NCBI RefSeq assembly: GCF_041956535.1
Contig: NW_027192191.1
Coordinates: forward strand, 7,702-71,701
Reading direction: 5' to 3'
Length of the DNA stretch: 64,000 nucleotides
Source: Calcarisporiella thermophila CBS 279.70
Lineage: Eukaryota; Fungi; Calcarisporiellomycota
The notes under the pieces are model-generated. The model searched no databases, was not told the origin of the DNA, and saw only the letters and a list, made by a program, of their open reading frames with translations. Below, piece after piece: positions 20,880 to 32,023 of the stretch. Numbering within the stretch: the first letter of the stretch is position 1; each line of letters starts with the position of its first letter. Made by a program: the position numbers and the translations under genes.

Positions 20880-22677
20880 ATGAGGGTGGGCTGGTTATTA
20901 TTATTTTCTTATTTCTCATATACACTCGGCCAAATTCCCCAACGATATGATTTCTGGGGAGATCCATTTCGTCCCGAATGGCGAATTTTAGGAAATCCTG
21001 GCACATTACCAAAAGCATCTATAACCACTATTCCTGCCTTACCCCCATCTCCAACCTACCATGTTAGCCCCTCCTTTTCCATATCAACCCCTTCAACATC
21101 TTCACTCCCTTCTCCTCCTCTTGCTTCTCGGCCAAATGTAACATTCAGTTTGACAAATGAGACTGTTCCCTCTGGATCGCTTTTCCATATTGACTTGCAC
21201 TGTACTGGCCCAGTGTGCAACAAATTAGGGACATCTATGAGTTCAGCTGCTCGGCGAATAATAGGAGAGCTGAATCTTCGCGTTCCATTACGGTATATTA
21301 ACTAAAGCAATGTTTATACATGATTTACCTAATAATGATATCTAATCTTTCTATTCATTTAGAATGATTGTGACATACCACAGCTTTTGTACGAATGGTA
21401 CAATTAGTTGCCAAAATCAAACACTTGGCTGGGCGGCCCCAGCCTCTACTTGGTTTTTCTCGTCTGCAAGTGACGTCTCTATACCGGGTCACGGTGCCGA
21501 AGGTATTGACACCGATTACTTCTATCCTCAATCTCTTGCAAAACAGCTCTCTTCATTGGCACCTCAATGGGCCGACTATGATATCGTTTGTGAAATCAAT
21601 TCAGATGCTCTTCGATATATGTGGTTTGAGGTAATTATTCTTGCACTGTTAAACATCATAGAACTTTATTATCCATTTCGGCAATATCTACCGGAATATT
21701 CCTACTTATCATCTGATCTATGTGATATTACTAAATAATATTAGTCGGATAACGCTACCATCGCCCCACACCAATTCGATATGGAGCTTGTTGCCCTTCA
21801 CCAAATTATCCACGGACTTGGTTTTTTCAGCACTTGGGCGCCCTATTTTTCTTCTAAGACTAACAGCTATGCTCCATTGCTCTCCCCACCGCTTACTGAA
21901 GAACAACTACGGGTGCTCACCCCTCCCCCCAAAGTGAACCAAGATCCGGAAACTAATCTGACCCACATATCCGGCTTTCTCCCTGGCGCAATATTTGATA
22001 AATATTTGGTTTATGGGGATTTCAACTATACATTAGAGTCGTTAGCGGATGAGATCCGTGCCAACTGTTATGAAGGAAATGGACCCATCGCCCTTAGCTT
22101 TGTTAAAGCATTTTTGAACAACACAGCTGCCTATACTGCCGCTCAACTTGCTTGGAATCTGACCGCTACCACCAAAGTACGCTTCCGCTTTCCACAAACC
22201 GGGGAGACTTACGATATGCTAAGGGTAGGTGCAGATACAGATGGTACGGTTCATGAGTTTGAGAATATCACCGAGACGGGCGCCAGTGAATCGATCATGG
22301 CCTCGGGGGTGCTCGCTGGAATGAACCCTTTCTCCCACATTGCCATTTCAGATGACGTTATGGGTGGGAGCATAAAGAAGGGTGTTACATTGAACGAGAT
22401 ATTTGCCCAAAAGAACGCAACTTCGCCTTCTGTAAATCCGCTTGCTCCAGCCATCAAAGTTTTGAAGTTGTTGGGTTATAGTAGACTACCACCCGGCACC
22501 GTTGAGCAGAAGACCAAGCGTAAAAGGAAATGCCAGGCCTGGGATCTGAATTTGCATAAGCCTGATGAAGAGCCTCCTCACAGCGACACAATCAACTCCG
22601 GAATTAATAGTAACGGTGTCCGGTGGTTACATTCAGGAGTGTTATTAATTATCTCAGCTCTATTGTTGTCACTATAA
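20880..22677 (+). CDS. Secreted, probably GPI-anchored zincin-like protein with HQxxH motif, 3 exons
   Basis: Signal peptide, Pro/Ser-rich linker, TLGWAAP, YPQSLAKQL, YDIVCEINS, ELVALHQIIHGLGF, downstream FSH..DVM, and a hydrophobic C-terminal tail after small residues. Introns ~21293-21362 and ~21631-21744. Confidence 0.75.
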
Positions 22678-24161
22678 TATACCCATTTACTTAATGTTGT
22701 TTGCTTTCTTTTTCTTTTATTTATTCTGCTCTCTACCCCTCTTCCCTCATATGGCACGTTATTATCACACTTATTTTTTTTCACATTCCGTTACTCAACG
22801 CCTTATGCCTTGATTTATTTCACTCTTTCTTGTGAACCAACTTGATTCGCTTTATATCAAATGGGAGTAGGCCTCTTTGAACTCTGCTTTGTTACTTGTT
22901 TATTTGCTATCCTTTCTTTAATTCCAATGTGCCTTCTATCTTGCTTTTGTTGTTTGTTTTACCTCTGCCTGAGCTTCTTTTTTATGCGAGATTGTCAAAT
23001 TTTTTATTTGCTCTTTTAATTAGTTATTAGACCGTTGGTTAAATGTGACATTTGCTTGGTTGAAAGAGTACAAAATGGGTATCCATATCAATATTATTCC
23101 AACTCTGCTAAAAGAAATTAGAATGAACTTCTGTGGTTCCTCTACACAAGCATGCCCAAACTACCTGCTAGTGCGCTTTGATTCAGTCTTAAACTTCGAT
23201 CGGAACCGACACGAAAATTTTCGAGTGAACGGCCTTGATTGTTGTTATTTTGACGAGATGCGAACTCCTATATGACAATATAATTACCTTATGGGAATCA
23301 ACAACCTAGAGCAATAAAAATCTTATTCCTCAGGCTGCAATATATTTGAGACTATTTGTAGAAGAGATATGATAATATATATAGCACTCTAATGCTCCTT
23401 TCAAATATCACATCCCAATGCTGAAGTCGAAGAATACGACACACCACAAATCATCTATTTTTTTTTTTAAGGTATCGCGTATCATAGGGATTTCAACTGC
23501 GATTTTCCTCGTCTTTAGGATTGAGGTTCGAAAAATCTTATTCCCAAGGTACCCGATTTTAAGGATGGCTGAGCATAGTTAACAATTTTTCAATTTATTT
23601 AAGTGACATAAGGGCGGATTCATTTTAAGGTACACGACGCTAGTTTGATCGGTACTGCATGGTTCCGTACAGTTTTGGAAACATATGTGTTGTTCATGTA
23701 CTCTTAGGAGGGTGTACGTCATGCTTGGTGCAGAGTGGGCAAATTTTCAAGCATAGGTTGCATATGCTTGCTTACAACAAACTGTCCTTGCACTTGGGTC
23801 TCAGCAACTTCCGTGGATAGCCTTCAATTATCAGGCACACCGGTTTCAATTTAATTTATCGAGCAAAATCCTCCAGGCCCACTAATGCACCTGTATCCCA
23901 CAGGTTTCCATGAAAGCTACCCAAACTGCGAGAAAGAAGAACGAGGCCCTTGACGGCGCAGATCATATAAACTAATGCGGCTGCGTTCAAATAGTCATAA
24001 ACCGGCATTCTCAAGATGCAAGCCATAAAAGTTCACAATGCCTGGAAATTTAACCGGCGTATATATACGCTAATGTTCTCAAGAAAAGAAGGTTAAAAAG
24101 CATTCCAAATTAACGCATCGACCAGCAGCTAGCTAAGATTATCGTGGAACGAGAAGTAAAC

Positions 24162-25967
24162 ATGTCTTTGGAATCAACAACTGATCAAATTTACCCAGAT
24201 ATTGACCCGAGACTACAGTGGGCCATTGACAAAGGAGCAAGAGACAGATTTGCTGCCACTGAGAGCAATGATATAGTTCCAGTGATTGCCAAAGTAACAG
24301 ACATAAGGACATGGGAGGGAATGACTGGTGTCAGCGAAACTACTCCCATTGGTATGACGCCAGACGGATCTGGACACATTGTGACGGCTAGAGTGCTGTT
24401 GAGTGAACTATCTGCAATAAGGAGGGATCCAAATGTAATAAGTTTGAAGCAGGCAACGCCGATTCGGCCTACCCTGGAAATAGCGACGAAAAGTGTTAAT
24501 GCCAAAAGAGAACTTCTACCTCCAAGCAGAGCAAAAGAGCAAGGCGGTCGGGGGGTCATCATCGGCATCGTTGATTTTGGGTGTGATTTTGTGCACCGAA
24601 ATTTCATAAATCAAGACGGTACTACAAGAATTCTAGCTCTCTGGGATCAGACCGTCAATATGCAAACTACTGGCGAGGTTAACTACGGCCGAGTTTTCAC
24701 AAGAGATGAGATTAACCAGGCTCTCCATACCTCCTCTCCATACGAAACTTTAGGATACCCTGCATCAGGCCATATGCAAGAAGGACAGCACGGGACGCAT
24801 GTTATGGATATAGCTGCCGGGAATGGACGTGGTACTTCCGTTGAAGGTGTGGCTCCCGAAGCCGATATTATATTTGTTGAATTTGCGGGTGATGTACCTT
24901 ATCAACAAGAAGGCAGCTCATTCGGAGATTCAGTCCATCTCCTGGAAGCGATCCGGTTCATTTTTAATCGAGCGGATAGAGAAAACAAGTCGTGTGTGGT
25001 AAACTTGAGTTTGGGGACCAATGGTGGCCCACACGATGGAACATCGCTGGTTGAGCAAGGCATTGATGCAATGCTAAATGAACGTGACAACCGTGCTGTG
25101 GTCATCGCTGCCAGCAACTCGTACAGTAGTGGTATCCATGCGAGCGGGATAGTGCGTCGTTCGAAAAACTATGATCTATATTGGAAAATTAACCGAACAG
25201 ATCTCACTTCCAACGAACTTGAGGTATGGTATAGTGGTGCTGATGTATTCTCAGCAGAGATTTTTGGGCCAGACGGTAATAGTTTTGGCAAGCTTCAACT
25301 TGCAACCAATGCAAGGGTAAAGGACAGCCGGGGAAATATTGTGGGATTTGCCGCCCATCGAAAGGGAGATCCGAACAATGGTGATAATACTATTGACATT
25401 TTTCTCGAAAAGAGCGCCCCCTCAGGGATTTGGATGATACGGCTTCAAGGAGTCGAGGTGGTCCATGGAAGTTTTCACGCCTGGATTGAGCGTGACGATA
25501 TGGGACAATCGAGTTTTGTCCCCCCTAATGATAATACCCATACTCTGGGCTCCATTGGTTGTGGACGGAAGAGCATTGTGGTGGGTTGCTATGATGCGAG
25601 GGACCCTGATACACCTATCGCATACTTTTCCAGTGCCGGTCCCACGCGCGACGGACGCCCAAAACCAGAGTTAAGCGCACCTGGGTTTAAAGTAACCGCT
25701 GCTAATTCTAACACAATCGATAAAGCCATCGAAATGTCAGGCACGAGCATGGCTGCACCAGTAGTGACAGGTGTTGTTGCACTATTGCTTGGCGAAGCAT
25801 CTGCGCGAGGTGTTCGACTATCAGCAGGTAAAATCCGCCAAATATTAAGAAAGACGACTAAGAGCTCGCATGGGAATAAGTCAGAGTGGGATGAACGCCA
25901 CGGCATGGGTCGAATCGACGCAAAGGCCGCTATTTTATACGTGCATTACGAGTTAAATGAAGAATAA
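24162..25967 (+). CDS. Subtilisin-family S8 peptidase, bacterial CspA-like type, intronless, no signal peptide
   Basis: Catalytic triad in GIVDFGCD, HGTHVMDIAAG and GTSMAAP, with oxyanion Asn in AASNS. CspA-like hallmarks GTTRILALWDQT, NLSLGTNGGPHDGTS and an inserted beta domain ending HAWIERDD. Confidence 0.9.
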   Translation: MSLESTTDQIYPDIDPRLQWAIDKGARDRFAATESNDIVPVIAKVTDIRTWEGMTGVSETTPIGMTPDGSGHIVTARVLLSELSAIRRDPNVISLKQATPIRPTLEIATKSVNAKRELLPPSRAKEQGGRGVIIGIVDFGCDFVHRNFINQDGTTRILALWDQTVNMQTTGEVNYGRVFTRDEINQALHTSSPYETLGYPASGHMQEGQHGTHVMDIAAGNGRGTSVEGVAPEADIIFVEFAGDVPYQQEGSSFGDSVHLLEAIRFIFNRADRENKSCVVNLSLGTNGGPHDGTSLVEQGIDAMLNERDNRAVVIAASNSYSSGIHASGIVRRSKNYDLYWKINRTDLTSNELEVWYSGADVFSAEIFGPDGNSFGKLQLATNARVKDSRGNIVGFAAHRKGDPNNGDNTIDIFLEKSAPSGIWMIRLQGVEVVHGSFHAWIERDDMGQSSFVPPNDNTHTLGSIGCGRKSIVVGCYDARDPDTPIAYFSSAGPTRDGRPKPELSAPGFKVTAANSNTIDKAIEMSGTSMAAPVVTGVVALLLGEASARGVRLSAGKIRQILRKTTKSSHGNKSEWDERHGMGRIDAKAAILYVHYELNEE

Positions 25968-27019
25968 GCGTACAATCATCTTAATTAGTTCTTCGATTAT
26001 ATCCTCAGTCTATGTATATATAGTGTGCATACATGCATGTGTGGTTGATAAATAAACTGAAATCAAACGACCAAGTTGGGAGGATGAATTTTTTACCGAC
26101 TTTCATCCTTTTAAATTCTGTTTCTCATGATTGTTTTATCAAACAATCTTGTTTCTTTGGCGAAATTCTTTTCACAACACTCGGGACTTTATTGAATTTA
26201 ACAAAATATTGAACTACCCGTTATCGGTTATGCCACCTTGATATGGTAGAGGCTTGATGGCAATTTAAAACAATAGAGCTTTTCACAATGGTAGTACGGG
26301 TAACTCATGCCGTGTATATAGGATAGGCGATGTTGCGCCTTGAAGAGGTCGTTATGCACATCTTTTACAGCGGTGCAATATTATATTAGAGATTTTACAA
26401 TTTAGGCTATCCCTATAGTTATATTCCAACCTTCCATCCATATCGTCAATCAGGATATAACCCTTAAATCGCGTAGGTGCTGCTATTCTACCTGATAATT
26501 GTTACAGTTTACGACGGGCCACATCCGAATTTCCCAAACCTTGAAGCTTTATTGGCATATGTAGAACTATAAGCGGCGTGTTATAATAGAAATGGCTTGC
26601 AATGGCAATGCCCACTCTTCCTGTGTTTACATTTTAACCTCTATCCTTAGGTTGTTGGCGCTTCCGGATGAATAGTTGATCGGAGCCACTCGATCTGCTG
26701 TTTGTTTATCGTGTTTTCTTAGCACAATCCTCCGATGCATTTTCCACCCAGTTTTTATCCCACTAGTTCAAGGCTTCTAGAAGCGAGACAAATAGGAGCT
26801 TAAATAGAGAGCGTCCAAGTTTTCATTTGCTCTTTTGATTTTGTGTTCCTTTCGATGAGAGCACGGCCTCCAAAAGCAGTCAGAAAATCGGGAGGACGGC
26901 TTCTTGTCCAATGAGAAAAACTGCGATGTTTTGGCGTGGAAACATAAATAAATATACCCTCCGTCTGCCTCCACTTTAACTCCCCCGCCTCCGAGAAGAC
27001 GCTCTATATCCTCTACACA

Positions 27020-28404
27020 ATGGATGGCATGACCGCTGAGCCCAAGACCTGGCGTGAGAAGCTCGCCTTCCTTAGAACCCGCCGCTTCCTGATCATCTTT
27101 GTCCTTGGTCAGTTTCTCTCCCTCTGCATTACCGCCACCTCCGTGATAAACCAGAAGCTGTTCAACGACGAAAAAGTCGCCGTCCCGGCCACTCAGACCT
27201 TCCTCGTGTACTTCTCCTTGGCTGTCATTTATACTAGCATTACAATATGGCGAGACGGATTTTGGGGATGGATTCGGGCCATAAGAAAGAGATGGTGGAT
27301 ATGTAAGTTGAATTAACGGCTCTAGGCAACCCCTTTTATTCGATGGGCTAATTATGCGCTCTTCTTTTAACAGACATTATACTGGCAATAGTAGACGTGG
27401 AGGCTAATTATCTCGTTAATAAGTCGTACCAGGTAACTACCGTCTAGCCATTGTTTCCATTCATTCTTTTCTAAATTGGTACTGCTTGCTTCTCAATCCA
27501 GTACACCAATTTGCTCTCTGCCATGCTTCTTGACTCCTGGACTATTCCGTGTATCGTCGTCTTCTCTATAATTTTTCTCCGTATCCGTTACCGTTGGACG
27601 CAGTATGTGGGCGTTTTCCTGTGCCTTGTCGGAATGGGTATTTTAATGGGGGGCGACTACCTTGCCAACCCAGACATCATTCATGGAGCAGCGGATATGC
27701 TGAAGGGAGACTTGTTCTGCATTGCTGGGGCTACTCTCTATGCAACTAGCAATCTAATTGAGGAAATCATGGTGCGAAAACGGCCTCTCTATGAAGTGGT
27801 AGGGCAATTAGGTTTTTGGGCGACAATCGTTAGTGCCATTCAGCTGTAAGCGAGCTTATCAATTTCTGTTGAAATAACAACAACTAAAGGCTCATTTTTC
27901 TTACGTATGCTTTAGTTCCGTTCTGGAGCGAGATGAATTGGGTACTCTCCACAACAGCGGAGCCGTGATCGGTTATATTCTCACCTACGATTTTGGTTAG
28001 ACATTTTTATGCATTTGCGATTCTTTTTATCCAACGCTCATTCCTAACACCTTCTTTTCTCCTCTCACTCTTTTCTAGCCATGGTCTGTATCTACTCGCT
28101 TGCTCCTGTGCTCTTCCGCCTCTCTTCAGCCACCTTCTTCAATCTTTCCCTTCTTACCAGCGACTTCTACGGCCTTTTATTTGGTCTCCTCTTGTTTGGC
28201 TCGCGAGCACACTACCTCTACCCCATTGCCTATGTCTTGATTATTGTGGGCATTATTCTATACAATATCTTCCCGCACCAGGAAGCAAAGATTGAGAAGG
28301 AAGATGATAAAGGGCCTAAACCTGTCGCGCGCGAGAAAATAGAGGCGCAGGAAATCGAGATCCAGGATGATAAAGGGATAGAAGATGTCTCGACGAAAGT
28401 ATAA
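27020..28404 (+). CDS. SLC35F1/F2-family (DUF914) membrane transporter, multi-exon
   Basis: LGQFLSLCIT, VDVEANYL, YT..SAMLLDSWTIP, GDLFCIAGATLYATSNLIEE, EVVGQLGFW and RLSSATFFNLSLLTSDFY, with about 10 hydrophobic segments. Confidence 0.88.
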
Positions 28405-29401
28405 TACAATGTTGTTGATTGATATTAATTTTTATTTGTTAATTTATTGATGCACATTACAATCGTATTTATATATTTAATAAATATCTTGCTATTTTTT
28501 TTTATCTCTTATTTCTACCCATCCTTAAATCAAAATTCAGTTGCTTCAATTTTGCAGCAAACCATGAGTAGTAAAACCAGCGGCGTCGATGATATTTTAC
28601 TGACATTTGCTCCGATGGAATGAACTTTTATCGGAGAAACTATACTATATAAAACTCCGTGTCCCAATCATCATAAGTGAGCACTTAATATAAACAAATA
28701 GAACGTCCACGACGTCTCTAGGTCTGAGTGTTCATAGGAGAGAAACTCTTTGTTCTGTTTAATGCCACAGAGTGCATTTCCTACCCAATACATGGACCGT
28801 CTTCAGGTTCAACTATTTTTTTTTTTTTTGAAATTCGTAGTTTCACGATAAGTCAAAATTGACCTCTTTACCCATTTTCAACTTAGAGCACATGGTGAGA
28901 ATTCACACGCGGCTGCCTGACGATTCCTATGTAATACAGCGAATTGGATATTCCGCTTTAAGTTGTAACCGCGATATTTCCATGGCTTTCCGAGTTCCTC
29001 TACGCACGACTTTCATTTCCTATTTATTGTAGTGGTCGTCAGGTTGCATCCAATCTCTGTGATATCTAAGCCTGCAGCGGCTTAAAGAGCATGGAGCATT
29101 CCGCGCACAGATAAATTTACGTGTTACTCTGATTCTAACAGGAGCTTAAGAGGCGAGGATTGAGAGTTAAACCTAAACTCAGCATGTCTGTTCAACATGA
29201 TAAACTCTTTAGAACACTCAACAGCATATATAGGGAGAAAGAAATATTTATATTTCGTACATACGCAGTAAAATAAAGAATAAAATAAAAAGAAATACTA
29301 AAAACATTTTAAGAACAAAATTTTAAGACACTAAAAGAGTTGAGTAATGAACTTGATACTAATAAATATTAATAGAGGCAAAAAATAAATGTCAAAAATA
29401 A

Positions 29402-29770
29402 TCAGGCCACCACACAGCACCCAGTAGATTGAGGAGCGAAAGGATCCTCTCGACGATCGACGGGACCCCACACGCTTGGGACCAGGGGATCACGTGTTGA
29501 GCTACAGTATTTGATCAAACTGCAAGGAAATCAGGGTTAGCTTCATTGAGTAATCACCCCAGAGATTTTCTCATTTGCCTCGTGTGAAGATTGAGGATAT
29601 GAAAAAACTCTGGTCGAAGAAATAAATACTCACGATTCACTCGCTTCAGAGACTCTGATGCGCGGTAGTTCATGGTATTCCCGGAGTCGCTGGATGTGCT
29701 CTTGCATCCTTCGGTATTTTGTCTCCGAGATCTGTCCCGCAGCCGCTTTTCTTCTCGATGTGGAAATCAT
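29402..29770 (-). CDS. Heterotrimeric G-protein gamma subunit (absent from the ORF track), 2 exons
   Basis: Intron 29520-29633 (GTGAGT..TTGCAG) joins [46 protein letters not shown] to [41 protein letters not shown]-domain motifs RIRVSEAS and DPLVPSVWG, with a C-terminal C-CaaX. Confidence 0.9.
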
Positions 29771-30818
29771 GCTATAGATATATGATGTATAATGCCCAAG
29801 TTTTTTTTTGCTAATAATAGATGAGGGAGAAAGAAATAGGAAGAAAAAGACTAGATGAAGAAATTAATTAGGAAGAGATGTGAAAGAAAAAATTTTTTTT
29901 GGATGAGATTAGTTGAAACGAGAGGAAAACCGAGTGAAGAAACAGTTTAAGAATGGCGGCAGAGTCTGAAGGGCGAGGGGTGACGTAGAAATTCCGGTTT
30001 TCATACTGGCTTCCGACAGCCGATATGAAGGGGAATTTGCTTATGATGCAGGGCACAAGACTAGCCAACAAAATAGAGGCAGGGGAGCGAAATTATTTTC
30101 CATTTTTTGGTAGTCTCAGCATGGAGAATGGGCCATGCACGCTGATGGAAGGAGAGATATTCTGAAAAAAGAAGGATAGAAGAAAATGATGTAAACTCCT
30201 GCCTCGAAGCAGGAGGGTCAGTTGGTTGGCAATAAGATTCTTACTTCCTTGAATTGTGCAGCATTACAGAAAGTATCAGAACAAGAATGCAGCTAAGGAA
30301 ATAGGAGATGAAAAAAAATCCCTCACTAAAGATCAAAAAAAAAAAATAACGCGCACCTTCTTAGGCGATATTGCATTATACATTAAAATCGGGCTTGGCA
30401 ATAATAAACCTGACATCATTTATATATAAAGACACGATGATTGTGGTTTGAAGTTGAGATAAAGTGGGTCTCTTTTTTTTATACTTATAGAGAAGACAAA
30501 TACATAAATACACCGTAAAATGCCCTTTAAATGCTAGCTCATCCTCCTCTCTAGCCAGAGTATCTATCTCTAAGAGTGCATGCGTGGGCAATTGGGTTTT
30601 GACAACCCATCTTTGCCTCACCTCATCATTGTGTTCGTACTTGAGTCGATATTCCCAAATTTAATTAATTCTCGTTGAGTGAAGAGGTATGTGCCGACTT
30701 TCTCTTTTACCACGACTCTCATCAGAGACACTAACATCTTTATTTGTAGTCAAAATAGAGAGAAGCGGAAATTGGCTATTCTCCTACCTGTTGGCCCTGA
30801 TAGCTTATCAAAGATATC

Positions 30819-31037
30819 ATGTCTTCTCCTCAAAAGTCGAAAAACTGCCCAGTGGGGAAAAACGTACGCTTCAGCCGGTTTGAACGTGTGCATACCACCT
30901 TTGGCTCAACAGACTATGATCGTACTCCCATCTACCCTTCGCCTCAGCCAGCACCTCCTCAGCCAACCACCTCATACCCTCCCCCAAGCCAGTATCCGCA
31001 GTATCCGACAAACCCGTACTCTTACCCATACCACTAA
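30819..31037 (+). CDS. 72-aa microprotein with a PP1-docking RVxF-phiphi-R module and a Pro/Tyr/Gln-rich tail
   Basis: KNVRFSRFERVHTTFGSTDYDR matches the spinophilin/Phactr/Bni4-type PP1-binding string. ATG in ATCATG context. Confidence 0.6.
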   Translation: MSSPQKSKNCPVGKNVRFSRFERVHTTFGSTDYDRTPIYPSPQPAPPQPTTSYPPPSQYPQYPTNPYSYPYH

Positions 31038-32023
31038 ATCTGTTGCCCTTCTGTCATCCATATACCATTCCATGGGCTTGATTTTATTCACATACCATTC
31101 GCATTTCTCTATGAGATATCCTGTATACTTTACATTCATTGTTATTTTGATTGCTCTAAGTAAGGGGGAGACATCAAATCGGATTTTTATCCTCTTTTCG
31201 GTCCTTGTATCCTCGTCCTCCCAAGTGCCTATGTTTGTTTATCATCTTGGATTCCACTGTCTTGTGCACTCCCAAATCATCTGAAAAAGCAAGCATGACC
31301 CCATGCCAATCCCATGTTTGAAATGCCCAAGAGATAGCAAACTGGACGCTACGTAATTGTGAAGGAGAAAGGCAGTACCTCGTGGTCTTCGAAAACTAAT
31401 TATAGCATGGAAGAAAGCATCTGCTGCTAGGATTAGTTAATTCATTTGCCATCTAAGGGCTGAGAATTCCCCCGATGGCAAAATATATTCTTGCGTTTAA
31501 TGAGATAGCTTAACCTTATGAGGTTTCACAGCTTCGCCTCTCTCTCGAGAATTGCAGACATTACGATATTTTTATTGAAATATCTGACTATAGAAGGGCT
31601 ATCTCTCATATTATCATTAATATTATGGAAATGTGCCTTAAACGAGAAGAGACTAATATTTCTTAAACACACATAGATACATATAAATATATAAATATCT
31701 AGGAGAAAGGGAATGAGAAGAGGGTTATGAGGCTATATAATGGATGTGTTTCGACATGTTCTATTCATTCCATTCATGCATCCAGATATGAGTGTATAGT
31801 AAGTTTGGTGTGATTAATTAGTGACTCAGAAAAGTTGGGAGTGTTAGCTAGTTAAATTCATGAGCTAAACATAAATTAAAGAGAGTTCTTTTCCAGCCGT
31901 TGGATATATATTTGTCTATTATTTGGTGGCAAAGAGCATTTTCGTTTCTACGGATTACGGATTTTCTCCACCTCTTGTGCGTGATTGTCGCATACTAGAA
32001 GCTTTGCCGTTATTACAAAAGAG

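Noticed and set aside
30679-31284. 201-aa GTG-start ORF overlapping the PP1-motif microprotein
   Set aside because: It has a non-ATG start and no motifs. The nested 72-aa ATG frame carries the recognisable conserved motif.
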